Part shown: positions 36,445-45,376 of the stretch, piece by piece
How the letters are laid out: every line of letters begins with the position of its first letter
Numbering within the stretch: position 1 is the first letter of the stretch
Assembly (NCBI GenBank): GCA_042091225.1
Contig: JBELHW010000005.1
Coordinates: forward strand, 3,712 to 67,711
DNA length: 64,000 nucleotides
Direction: 5' to 3'
From: Cryomorphaceae bacterium
GTDB taxonomy: Bacteria; Bacteroidota; Bacteroidia; Flavobacteriales; UBA7312
Program-made: the position numbers and the translations under genes
The notes under the pieces: model-generated
Database searches by the model: none
What the model was told of the DNA's origin: nothing
Seen by the model: the letters and a program-made list of their open reading frames with translations, nothing else

Positions 36445-36954
36445 TTAAGAGGGGTCAACTAAAAATAATGGCTGGTCATATTCTACCGGAGAAGAATCTT
36501 CCACTAAAACTTTGACTATTTTTCCAGAAACTTCGGACTCAATTTCATTAAATAATTTCATTGCTTCAACAACACAGGTTACATCGCCAGGCTTTATAAT
36601 ATCGCCTATATTTACAAAAGTATCTTTGTCTGGAGCTGGTTTTCTGTAGAATGTACCAATCATAGGAGATTTAATTACAATCAAATGATCCTCATCATCT
36701 TTATTAGGAGTTTCTTTAGAAAGTTCTGCGTTTGGACTTTGTGCAGCTGGCTGAATAACTTCTGTTACTATAGGAGCCATTCCTTGTTGCACAGGAATTT
36801 GTTGAATAATCTGTGTAGGTTCTTCAATAACTTTTCCTCTTTTTACAGCAGGTGACTTTATAGAGATCTTAATATTATCGACCTCTAATTCTACTTCAGT
36901 AGCTCCAGATTTGGCTACAAATTTGATTAATTCTTGAATTTCTTTTAAATCCAT
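36445..36954 (-). CDS. accB: acetyl-CoA carboxylase biotin carboxyl carrier protein
   Basis: Biotinylation motif VEAMKLFNEIE with a Pro/Ala/Gln-rich linker. The track start 36978 is TTG; ATG 36954 gives the canonical MDLKEIQELIKFV N-terminus. Confidence 0.9.
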   Translation of the reverse strand: MDLKEIQELIKFVAKSGATEVELEVDNIKISIKSPAVKRGKVIEEPTQIIQQIPVQQGMAPIVTEVIQPAAQSPNAELSKETPNKDDEDHLIVIKSPMIGTFYRKPAPDKDTFVNIGDIIKPGDVTCVVEAMKLFNEIESEVSGKIVKVLVEDSSPVEYDQPLFLVDPS

Positions 36955-36987
36955 TTTGTTTGTTTTTAATTTATTCAAATATAAAAT

Positions 36988-37986
36988 TTATTTAGAATCG
37001 TATGCCCATTTTAAATAGATAGAGCCCCAAGTGAATCCTCCACCAAAAGCTGCTAAGATAATATTATCGCCTTTGTTTAGTTGGTTTTCCCATTCCCATA
37101 GACATAACGGAATAGTTCCGTTTGTGGTATTACCATATTTAGAAATGTTAAGCATTACTTTATCTGTTCCGACTCCCATTCGATTAGCAGTTGCATCTAT
37201 TATCCTTTTATTGGCTTGATGAGGTACTAACCATGCAATATCGTCTCCACTAAGGTTATTCTTTTTCATTATTTCTTCAGAAACGTCTGCCATTCCTTTA
37301 ACTGCAAATTTAAAAACAGTTTGTCCTTCTTGATGAATGTAATGTTGTTTTGCATCAATAGTTTTATAGGAAGCAGGGTTTACAGATCCACCGCCATCCA
37401 TTTTCAGATAATGTCTTCCTTCGCCATTACTTTTTAAAATAGAATCCTGCACTCCTAATCCTTCTGTGTTTGGCTCTAAAAGAACAGCTCCGGCACCATC
37501 TCCGAAGATGATACATGTTTGTCTATCTTCATAATCTACTATGGAGGACATTTTATCAGCACCTACAACAACTATTTTATTATATGCTCCTGTTTCAATA
37601 TATTTAGAAGCAGTAGCAACAGAGAATAAAAATCCAGAGCAGGCAGCCATTAAATCAAATCCAAATGCATTTTTAGCTCCAATTTTATCTGCAATTATAC
37701 AAGCAGTAGAAGGAAACAACATATCAGGAGTAGCAGTAGCACAAATAATTAAATCTATTTCTTCAGCACTGATTCCTCTTTTTTCTAATAATAGATTTAT
37801 TGCATTTGCTCCAAGATCAGAAGATCCAAGACCTTCCCCTTTTAATATTCTTCTTTCTTTAATTCCTGTTCTGGAGGTTATCCATTCATCATTTGTGTCA
37901 ACCATTTTTTCTAACTCTTTATTCGTTAGAACATAGTCTGGCACCCACCCGCTGACAGCTGTAATTGCTGCTGTAGTTTTAGTCAT
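36988..37986 (-). CDS. fabH: beta-ketoacyl-ACP synthase III
   Basis: Active-site AACSGF, HQANKRI and GNTTNGTIP motifs. 332 aa. Confidence 0.93.
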   Translation of the reverse strand: MTKTTAAITAVSGWVPDYVLTNKELEKMVDTNDEWITSRTGIKERRILKGEGLGSSDLGANAINLLLEKRGISAEEIDLIICATATPDMLFPSTACIIADKIGAKNAFGFDLMAACSGFLFSVATASKYIETGAYNKIVVVGADKMSSIVDYEDRQTCIIFGDGAGAVLLEPNTEGLGVQDSILKSNGEGRHYLKMDGGGSVNPASYKTIDAKQHYIHQEGQTVFKFAVKGMADVSEEIMKKNNLSGDDIAWLVPHQANKRIIDATANRMGVGTDKVMLNISKYGNTTNGTIPLCLWEWENQLNKGDNIILAAFGGGFTWGSIYLKWAYDSK

Positions 37987-38932
37987 TATTAAATGTATTT
38001 AATATTTTATTTGTTAAATCTGCTTCTATTACATCCGCAGTTAAGACAATCATGTTTTTGATAGCTATTTCATTGGAAATACCATGCCCGATAACTACAG
38101 TCTTGTTTAGTCCTAGAATTGGAGTACCTCCATAGTTTTCATAATTAAAGCGATTAAAATAATCGTCTTCTATCTTTCTTTTTTTCATTAATTCGTAAAC
38201 GGCTTCGGCTTGTTTAAGAACAACATTTCCTGTAAATCCGTCGCATACGATTACGTCACTATACTCACTAAATATATGCCTGCTTTCTATATTACCAATA
38301 AAATTAAACTCATTACTATCTTTCATAAGTTCGTGAGCAGCAACAGATAACATGTTTCCTTTTGTTTCTTCTTCGCCAATATTTAGAAGACCGACTTTAG
38401 GTTTTTTAATTCCACAAACATGTTCTGCAAATAAAGAACCTAGAATTCCAAATTGGTATAATACATCTGCTTTGCAATCTGCATTAGCACCAACATCTAA
38501 AATCACATTGACTCCGCCGTCCTCCTTTGGTAATACAGAAGAGATACATGGCCTTAGAACGCCAGCAATTGGCTTTACAGACATATATCCGCCAACAAAC
38601 ATTGCTCCAGTATTTCCAGCACTAGCAAATCCGTCTATTTTATTTTTTTTCAATAATTGAAAACCAACACTTATGCTCGATTGAGGCTTTTTTAAAAGTG
38701 CTTTGGTAGGATGATCGCCCATTTCGATTACTTCAGGGGCATGGATTATTTCAAAAGAAGTAGCATCTACGTTCTTTATTTTTAATTCTTTTTCAATGAT
38801 ATTTTTATCACCAATCAGTAAAAGCTCTACATTTTGGCTTAAGTCTTTAGCCGCAAGTATACTGCCTTCTATAGTCTTGAGAGGAGCAAAGTCTCCGCCC
38901 ATTATATCGATTCCTATTCGGATTTTGTCCAT
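37979..38932 (-). CDS. plsX: phosphate acyltransferase
   Basis: IGIDIMGGDFAP N-terminus and GFTGNVVLK motif. It overlaps the fabH start by 8 nt. Confidence 0.93.
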   Translation of the reverse strand: MDKIRIGIDIMGGDFAPLKTIEGSILAAKDLSQNVELLLIGDKNIIEKELKIKNVDATSFEIIHAPEVIEMGDHPTKALLKKPQSSISVGFQLLKKNKIDGFASAGNTGAMFVGGYMSVKPIAGVLRPCISSVLPKEDGGVNVILDVGANADCKADVLYQFGILGSLFAEHVCGIKKPKVGLLNIGEEETKGNMLSVAAHELMKDSNEFNFIGNIESRHIFSEYSDVIVCDGFTGNVVLKQAEAVYELMKKRKIEDDYFNRFNYENYGGTPILGLNKTVVIGHGISNEIAIKNMIVLTADVIEADLTNKILNTFNND

Positions 38933-38933
38933 T

Positions 38934-38979
38934 AAAAAAAATGTAGATTTAGTTCTAATTAAAACTGGCTAAATCTACA
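38934..38979 (-). terminator. hairpin + U8 between rpmF and plsX (possible attenuating terminator)
   Basis: tgtagatttag (38942-38952) and ctaaatctaca (38969-38979) form a perfect 11-bp inverted repeat with a 16-nt loop. On the minus-strand RNA a T8 run follows (38941-38934), ending 1 nt from the plsX ATG. The long loop weakens the call. Confidence 0.4.
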
Positions 38980-39049
38980 AAAAAACTTATATAATTTTAA
39001 GAAGAGATTAAATTAAAAAATAAATAGTAACCTCTCATACTTAATAAAT

Positions 39050-39229
39050 TTACTTTTCCATTACAACTTTTCCTTTATAATAAAGGACGTTTTCAACCCA
39101 ATGAGCTCTATGTGTTAAATGAGCTTCCCCAGTAGTTGGACAATCAGTTAGCTGTTGTGATGAAGCTTTATAGTGTGTTCTTCTTTTGTCTCTTCTCGTT
39201 TTAGAGATTTTTCGTTTAGGATGTGCCAT
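39050..39229 (-). CDS. rpmF: 50S ribosomal protein L32
   Basis: Not in the ORF track (59 aa). Hand translation gives [59 protein letters not shown]. This is the canonical L32 N-terminus and the gene sits in the conserved yceD-rpmF-plsX-fabH context. Confidence 0.88.
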   Translation of the reverse strand: MAHPKRKISKTRRDKRRTHYKASSQQLTDCPTTGEAHLTHRAHWVENVLYYKGKVVMEK

Positions 39230-39238
39230 AGTTTCTAA

Positions 39239-39766
39239 TTATTTTTTGGTCTTTATTTTTTTTAAATCAGCCCATCTAGGATCGATTATATTTTCTTCTT
39301 CTTGAGTTTGAAAACCCAATTCTTCAATTTTATTTATCATTTCTTGATTACAATTTTCAATTTCAGAATGTGCTCTTTTTGTCGGTAAAGACAATAAAAC
39401 AAATTCGTGAAAATAATTTTCAAGCCAAACGGTATGTTCGTTAGTTGATAAAATTAAAAGTTCTTCATTGTCGTTTTGGTCGATATTATCTGAAAAACGA
39501 ACAATTAAGTCAAATTCTTGATTAATTTTTTGCAAAAATTGATCTGTACATCTATCGCATGTTAATTCTAATTGACCATCCAGTTCAAAATTAAGAACTA
39601 ACATAGTTGCTTTTTTTTCTAGACGAACAGTTATGGAAATATCCAACTTGTTCAATTCTTCCAAATCATAATCTTCAAAGAACGAATCCTCAATTTTAAA
39701 TTCGAAACAATGACTACCAAGTTTTAAGCCAGAAAAAGGAATTGTAAATTCTTTCTTTTCCATCAT
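39239..39766 (-). CDS. YceD/DUF177 family protein
   Basis: 175 aa acidic protein with a CDRC..Q motif (LTCDRCTDQF). It lies directly upstream of rpmF, as in most bacteria. Confidence 0.8.
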   Translation of the reverse strand: MMEKKEFTIPFSGLKLGSHCFEFKIEDSFFEDYDLEELNKLDISITVRLEKKATMLVLNFELDGQLELTCDRCTDQFLQKINQEFDLIVRFSDNIDQNDNEELLILSTNEHTVWLENYFHEFVLLSLPTKRAHSEIENCNQEMINKIEELGFQTQEEENIIDPRWADLKKIKTKK

Positions 39767-39825
39767 TGTTCTTAATGTTTTAAAAAAAGGATTGCAAATG
39801 TAATAATATTTAATTAATAATGCAC

Positions 39826-40884
39826 TTAGTTGTCAGATTTTGATTTTGATACGCTCATAGACTTCAATACATTAGAGTTTAAATGTTCATATTCCTTTCT
39901 TTTTTTACTTATGTCGCAGGCTAAATAAATTGCCTCTCTAAAAGAGGATTCGTCGCCAATATTTTTACCTGCAATGTCGTAAGCCGTGCCATGATCTGGA
40001 GAGGTGCGAACAAAGGATAGTCCCGCGCTATAGTTTACTCCTTTACCAAAAGAGATAGTCTTAAACGGGATAAGTCCCTGGTCATGATACATTGCTAAAA
40101 CTGCATCGAATTTATTCATTTGAGGAGATCCAAAAAAACTATCTGCAGGGTAAGGTCCGAAAGCTAAGATGTTATTTTGTTTGGCTTTTTCAATGGTTGG
40201 TTCTATTATGTTATTTTCTTCTTTTCCTAACACGCCATCGTCACCTGCATGAGGATTAAGTCCAAGTACGGCAATTTTAGGCTTACGAATTCCAAAATCT
40301 TGTTTCAAGCTTTCTTGTAATAATTTTAATTTTTGAAGGATAGAATTTTGATTAATATTTTGAGCAACATTTTCTAAGGGAATATGACTCGTAACGACTC
40401 CAACTTTTAGGTTTTCGCTTGTCATTAACATTAAGGCGGTCTCCTTTTTTTTACTTGCTAAGTATTCGGTATGGCCTGGAAATTTAAAGCTATCAGACTG
40501 GATATTTTTTTTATTTATAGGTGCTGTAACAAGAGCATCGATGGTATTATCCACTAATTCATTTGTAGCTTTTTCTAAAGATAGAAATGCATACTTTCCG
40601 CCTTCCTTGTTATTCTCTCCAATCTTGAGTTCTACTTTTTCACTCCAAGATTCAAAAACATTTATTTTTCTAGACTTGACTTCTTTCATTTCTTTAATAG
40701 AAACAAAGGAGAGATTTTCAAGCTTTAATATTTTTTTATATTGATTGATTAGATAAGAGTTTCCGAATAAGATAGGGGTACAGATATCTAACATTCGTCT
40801 GTCTTTAAAAGTCTTTAAAATTACTTCGAGACCGATTCCGTTTATATCTCCTAATGAGATTCCTATTTTAAGATTTTTCTTCAA
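39826..40884 (-). CDS. pdxA: 4-hydroxythreonine-4-phosphate dehydrogenase
   Basis: GDINGIGLEVILK, FPGHTEYL, LNPHAGD, YHDQGLIPFK and PDHGTAYDIAGK motifs. Confidence 0.9.
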   Translation of the reverse strand: MKKNLKIGISLGDINGIGLEVILKTFKDRRMLDICTPILFGNSYLINQYKKILKLENLSFVSIKEMKEVKSRKINVFESWSEKVELKIGENNKEGGKYAFLSLEKATNELVDNTIDALVTAPINKKNIQSDSFKFPGHTEYLASKKKETALMLMTSENLKVGVVTSHIPLENVAQNINQNSILQKLKLLQESLKQDFGIRKPKIAVLGLNPHAGDDGVLGKEENNIIEPTIEKAKQNNILAFGPYPADSFFGSPQMNKFDAVLAMYHDQGLIPFKTISFGKGVNYSAGLSFVRTSPDHGTAYDIAGKNIGDESSFREAIYLACDISKKRKEYEHLNSNVLKSMSVSKSKSDN

Positions 40885-40887
40885 AAC

Positions 40888-42294
40888 TTATTTTGATTTA
40901 TTTTTAAGAAAGTCAAATAAAATTCTGACTCCAACTCCAGATCCGCCAATTCCTCTATAATTGAAAGGTGCTAAACTAAAGGCAGGACCCGCAATATCTA
41001 AATGAGTGTATGGATAGTCTGTAAAATGTTCTAGAAATTTACCAGCTGTAATGGCCCCTGCTTCTGGTCCACCAAGATTTTTTAGGTCTGCTATAGTAGA
41101 TTTTAAATCGTTTTTGTATTCGTTCCAAAAGGGAAATTCTGCAATTCTTTCATGAACTTCATTCCCGCTCTTTTTTAGTTCTTTCATAGTATTTTCATCG
41201 TTACCCATTGCTACGATACCTTGTTTGCCAATAGCTCTTGCGGCAGCTCCTGTTAGAGTAGCTAAATCAATAACTAACTCAGGATCGTATTTTTTAGCAT
41301 AGCTAAGAGCATCGGCTAAAATTAGTCTTCCTTCTGCATCTGTATTTAAAACTTCTACGCTAGTGCCATCGTACATGGTAATTACATCCCCTGGAGCATA
41401 TGCGTTTCCTGAAGGACGATTGTCCGTAGCAGGTACTAATGCAATTACATGAAGATCAAAATTAGCTTTAGCTAGAGCATACATTGCTCCTACTACTGCA
41501 GCTGAACCTCCCATATCACACTTCATCATATCCATCGAGTTTGCTGTTGGTTTAAGACTTAGCCCTCCAGTATCATAAACAATCCCCTTACCAACTAAAA
41601 TAATTGGTTTTTTATTTTTAGCTCCTTTAGTTTTCCATTCCATAATAGTAAAAGTAGGAGGGTCGATACTTCCTTTATTTACAGCTAATAAACCTCCCAT
41701 TTTAAGAGATTCAATTTTGTTTTTGTGTAAAACATCAATTTTTAAGCCAACTTGTTTGGCCATTTTCTCCATGTCTTTACTATATTGTAAAGCCGTCAGA
41801 TACGATAGAGGTTCATTAACTAAATCTCTTGCCATAAAAGTTCCTTCAATCATTGCTTGGAGTTCTTTTACTTCGTCCTTATTATCGCTAATCAAATTGA
41901 TTTTTTTAAGACTATTGCTTTTATCTTCTGTGAAATATTTTAAAAACTGATAATTACTAAGTGCTAAGCCTTCTGAAAAGTAGAAAGCTAAATTTTTAGA
42001 CTTAGACAAATCTAATACGTCAATTTCTTTAAGCTTTGACGCTATAATTTTACCATGAAAGCTATTTGCGCTCAATCTTATTTTTTCATTATTTTTCTCT
42101 AAATGCTCAACAAAAATATACTGATTTAGCCTGTTGATAGAGGTGCTTTTTATCTTATTTTTTATCTCTTTTAAAACAAATTTCTTTTCGTCTTTTGAAA
42201 AAGAAAAAGCGTCTAATTCTTCTATTTCATTTATAAGTAAAACAACAGAATTTTTGTTGTTTATTTTAGAGCTGTAGTAAATTGTAGAGTCCAT
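40888..42294 (-). CDS. pepA: leucyl aminopeptidase (M17)
   Basis: VGKGIVYDTGGLSLKP, MKCDMGGSAAV and NTDAEGRLILADAL motifs. Confidence 0.9.
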   Translation of the reverse strand: MDSTIYYSSKINNKNSVVLLINEIEELDAFSFSKDEKKFVLKEIKNKIKSTSINRLNQYIFVEHLEKNNEKIRLSANSFHGKIIASKLKEIDVLDLSKSKNLAFYFSEGLALSNYQFLKYFTEDKSNSLKKINLISDNKDEVKELQAMIEGTFMARDLVNEPLSYLTALQYSKDMEKMAKQVGLKIDVLHKNKIESLKMGGLLAVNKGSIDPPTFTIMEWKTKGAKNKKPIILVGKGIVYDTGGLSLKPTANSMDMMKCDMGGSAAVVGAMYALAKANFDLHVIALVPATDNRPSGNAYAPGDVITMYDGTSVEVLNTDAEGRLILADALSYAKKYDPELVIDLATLTGAAARAIGKQGIVAMGNDENTMKELKKSGNEVHERIAEFPFWNEYKNDLKSTIADLKNLGGPEAGAITAGKFLEHFTDYPYTHLDIAGPAFSLAPFNYRGIGGSGVGVRILFDFLKNKSK

Positions 42295-42339
42295 TAATAA
42301 TGTCGTATTTTTGTACCTGCAAATTTAAGTTATTTTTAG

Positions 42340-43464
42340 ATGAAAACGGATACATTATTACAACGAGCATCACAATTCGAATTTTTAAGTGCTGAAGATG
42401 GGCAATTTCTTTTTGAAAATGCTTCTACGTCCGAACTAATGCATGTTGCTAATGAGCTAAGAAAGAAACAGAAACCTGATGGTTTAGTAAGTTGGCAAAT
42501 AGATAGGAATGTTAATACAACTAACGCTTGCATAGCTAATTGTAAATTTTGCAACTTTTTTAGGCCGCCTGGTCATGAAGAGGTTTACGTAACAACGATA
42601 GATCAATACAAACCTAAAATTGAAGAAACAATAAAGTATGGCGGCGATCAATTGTTGTTACAAGGAGGCCATCATCCTGACTTAGGATTAGAATTTTATA
42701 CCAACTTGTTTAAAGAGTTAAAGTCTTTATATCCACAAATTAGATTACACGCTTTAGGTCCGCCAGAAGTAGCACACATATGTAAATTAGAAAACAAATC
42801 TCATTTAGAGGTATTAGCTGCTTTAAAAGAAGCTGGTATGGACAGTCTTCCTGGAGCAGGAGCTGAAATTCTAAATGATAGAGTCAGAAGATTAATTTCA
42901 AGAGGAAAATGTACCGGTCAGGAATGGCTTGATGTAATGCGTGCTTGCCATCAACTAGATATTACTACATCCGCAACAATGATGTTTGGTCATATAGAAA
43001 CGCTAGAAGAAAGGTTTGAACACTTAGTTTGGATAAGAGAAGTACAGTCCGAAAAACCAAAAGATTCAGAAGGATTTTTAGCCTTTATCCCTTGGCCTTT
43101 TATGGACGATGGCACTTTATTAAATAGAATAAGAGGAATTAAAAATAATGTTACTAGTGACGAATATATTCGCATGATTGCTATAAGTAGAATTATGCTG
43201 CCAAATGTTAAAAACATACAGGCTTCTTGGCTTACTGTTGGAAAAGAAACTGCTCAGTTGTGTTTACATGCTGGGGCCAATGACTTTGGTTCTATCATGA
43301 TTGAAGAAAATGTTGTTTCCGCTGCTGGAGCTCCACATCGATTTACCTACAAAACAATTCAAGAAGCTATAATTGAAGCAGGCTTTACACCGCAACTTAG
43401 AAGGCAAGACTACACCTTCAGAGATGTCCCTCAAAATATTGAAGAACAAGTAATAGACTACTAA
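42340..43464 (+). CDS. radical SAM enzyme of the MqnC/MqnE/CofH family (futalosine-pathway type)
   Basis: CxxxCxxC cluster motif NACIANCKFCNFF, GGDQLLLQGGHHPD and TSATMMFGHIET. I cannot decide between MqnC and MqnE by eye. Confidence 0.7.
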   Translation: MKTDTLLQRASQFEFLSAEDGQFLFENASTSELMHVANELRKKQKPDGLVSWQIDRNVNTTNACIANCKFCNFFRPPGHEEVYVTTIDQYKPKIEETIKYGGDQLLLQGGHHPDLGLEFYTNLFKELKSLYPQIRLHALGPPEVAHICKLENKSHLEVLAALKEAGMDSLPGAGAEILNDRVRRLISRGKCTGQEWLDVMRACHQLDITTSATMMFGHIETLEERFEHLVWIREVQSEKPKDSEGFLAFIPWPFMDDGTLLNRIRGIKNNVTSDEYIRMIAISRIMLPNVKNIQASWLTVGKETAQLCLHAGANDFGSIMIEENVVSAAGAPHRFTYKTIQEAIIEAGFTPQLRRQDYTFRDVPQNIEEQVIDY

Positions 43465-44042
43465 TGTTTACAGGAATTATAGAACAAATCGGCGAGGTGG
43501 TTGCTTTAGTAAAAGAGCAAGACAACTTACATGTAAGTGTAAAAGCAAACTTCACCCATGAGTTAAAAATTGACCAAAGTATTGCTCATAACGGAATTTG
43601 CCTTACTGTAGTAGCCATTGAAAATGATGTCTATACGGTTACGGCAATTAAAGAAACTTTGGACAAAACCAATTTAGGGAGTCTAGAGATAGGATCAGAA
43701 ATTAATCTAGAAAGATGTATGAAATTAGGAGATCGTCTGGACGGCCATATAGTTCAAGGGCATGTAGATCAAACGGCTATTTGCACTAAAATTGGACAGG
43801 AAAACGGATGGCATACTTTTACTTTTAACTACCAAGATTGCAGCCATTTTACAGTAGAAAAAGGATCTATTTGTGTAAACGGCGTTAGCTTGACCGTTGT
43901 TAATTCTAAAGAAAATAGCTTTTCGGTTGCTATAATTCCTTACACTTTTGATCATACTAACTTCCACGATTTTAAAGAAGGAGATTTAGTTAACTTAGAA
44001 TTTGACATCATTGGCAAATACATAACAAAGATGAATCGATGA
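43464..44042 (+). CDS. ribE: riboflavin synthase (alpha chain)
   Basis: MFTGIIEQIGEV, an internal duplication with NGICLTV / NGVSLTV, and DGHIVQGHVD. Confidence 0.9.
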   Translation: MFTGIIEQIGEVVALVKEQDNLHVSVKANFTHELKIDQSIAHNGICLTVVAIENDVYTVTAIKETLDKTNLGSLEIGSEINLERCMKLGDRLDGHIVQGHVDQTAICTKIGQENGWHTFTFNYQDCSHFTVEKGSICVNGVSLTVVNSKENSFSVAIIPYTFDHTNFHDFKEGDLVNLEFDIIGKYITKMNR

Positions 44043-44317
44043 AAAAGTTTTTTAGAATACTCACTCTCTTAGAAGGAATTTCTAATGTGTTATTAATTTT
44101 GGTAGCTGTTCCTGTTAAATATTTATTAGACAATGATTTTTTAGTTAAATTATTAGGGATGCCTCATGGACTTTTGTTTGTTGCATATTGTATAATGGCT
44201 ATTTTTCTATCTTTAAGTGGATTTTATAAATGGGATATCAAAACTTTAGCATTGGTCTTATTAGCATCCATTGTTCCATTCGGAACCTTTTGGGTTGATA
44301 AAAAGTATTTGAGGTAA
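44039..44317 (+). CDS. DUF3817-like small membrane protein
   Basis: 92 aa, 3 TM. FRILTLLEGISNVLLILVAVPVKY and the C-terminal PFGTFWVDKKYL fit the family pattern. It overlaps the ribE stop by 4 nt. Confidence 0.6.
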   Translation: MKKFFRILTLLEGISNVLLILVAVPVKYLLDNDFLVKLLGMPHGLLFVAYCIMAIFLSLSGFYKWDIKTLALVLLASIVPFGTFWVDKKYLR

Positions 44318-44333
44318 ATATTGACTTTTTAAA

Positions 44334-44579
44334 ATGAAAAAAATTCTACTTTTTCCAGCTTTTTTAGCATTAATTTTCTCTTGTGAAAAAGATTGTAATC
44401 AAATTGTTTCTTCGGCTTGTAATGATGAAGTCCCTAACGAATTATGTCAAGCTGTTTTTAATAGATGGTTTTTTAATAATGAGTCCAATAGTTGTGAAGA
44501 AATAAGTTATTCCGGCTGTTCTGCAAAAGGATTTGAAACTTTAGAGGATTGCGAGCAATGTAAATGTGATGAAAAATAG
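44334..44579 (+). CDS. lipoprotein with a Kunitz/BPTI-like domain
   Basis: Lipobox LALIFSC. Cys spacing is C29-x8-C38-x15-C54-x7-C62, identical to BPTI C5-C14-C30-C38. RWFFN matches RYFYN, CEEISYSGCSA matches CQTFVYGGCRA, and F-x3-EDC-x2-C matches F-x4-EDC-x3-C. The C-terminal part is 2 residues shorter. The P1-equivalent residue after C38 is Gln. Confidence 0.7.
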   Translation: MKKILLFPAFLALIFSCEKDCNQIVSSACNDEVPNELCQAVFNRWFFNNESNSCEEISYSGCSAKGFETLEDCEQCKCDEK

Positions 44580-44588
44580 TCTTTTATA

Positions 44589-45233
44589 TTAAGCAAATTC
44601 TTTCTCAATCAGTATTTCTAATTCTTTACAGTTATCAACTTCAAAGTCTGGAGTGTGTTTTATAAAGTCGCCATGACCATAGCTTACTCCAATTGATTTC
44701 ATTTTATGATTTTTAGCACCAATAATATCGTATTTAGTATCCCCAATCATTATTGTCTTAGAGATGTCTAAATTATATTTTTTGACGATATAATCAATAA
44801 TTTCGGTTTTATCACTTCGACTATTATCTAGATTACAACCAACAATTTCTGTAAATAAAGAGTCCATTTTATGTCCTTCTAATATTTCCTTTGCGAAGAC
44901 AGTTGGCTTAGAAGTAGCAACAAATAAATTATATCCTCTTTCTTTCAAATTAATAAGTAATTGCCCTACGTAAGGAAAGAGTTGATGTTGATGAATTCCT
45001 GTAGTTTGGTAATATTTTCTAAAATAGGCAACAGCCTTCATAGCATCTTCATAATTTAACGATAACTTGGATTGAAAAGAATCCATTATTGGTGGACCAA
45101 TAAATTGATGCATTTCAGTTGTCGCTGGAATTTCTACTCCCATTTTCTGTGCAGCATGACGAATGGAGTTTAATATACCTTGTTGAGGTTCTATAATAGT
45201 ACCATCTAAATCAAATAAGATATTTATAGACAT
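44589..45233 (-). CDS. HAD-IA family hydrolase (phosphoglycolate phosphatase-like)
   Basis: Motif I FDLDGTI, motif II ATSK and motif III/IV GDTKYD. Confidence 0.8.
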   Translation of the reverse strand: MSINILFDLDGTIIEPQQGILNSIRHAAQKMGVEIPATTEMHQFIGPPIMDSFQSKLSLNYEDAMKAVAYFRKYYQTTGIHQHQLFPYVGQLLINLKERGYNLFVATSKPTVFAKEILEGHKMDSLFTEIVGCNLDNSRSDKTEIIDYIVKKYNLDISKTIMIGDTKYDIIGAKNHKMKSIGVSYGHGDFIKHTPDFEVDNCKELEILIEKEFA

Positions 45234-45376
45234 GTTAATTAGTTTGAATATTCAAAATTAAATATTTATAGGCAAATATGGCTTCTTTTTAAAGTTATAA
45301 CAAACTCTTTTTAAGCAAGTTATTTCGTTTGTTTTTAGATAGATTTTTATTGTAAAATTAGTTAAATTCGCAACAG

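Noticed and set aside
37541-37936. 131-aa plus-strand ORF inside fabH, with similar antisense ORFs in purD (49776-50156), yebC (47551-47874) and plsX (38352-38660)
   Set aside because: All lie antisense to confidently identified housekeeping genes and have low-complexity products.
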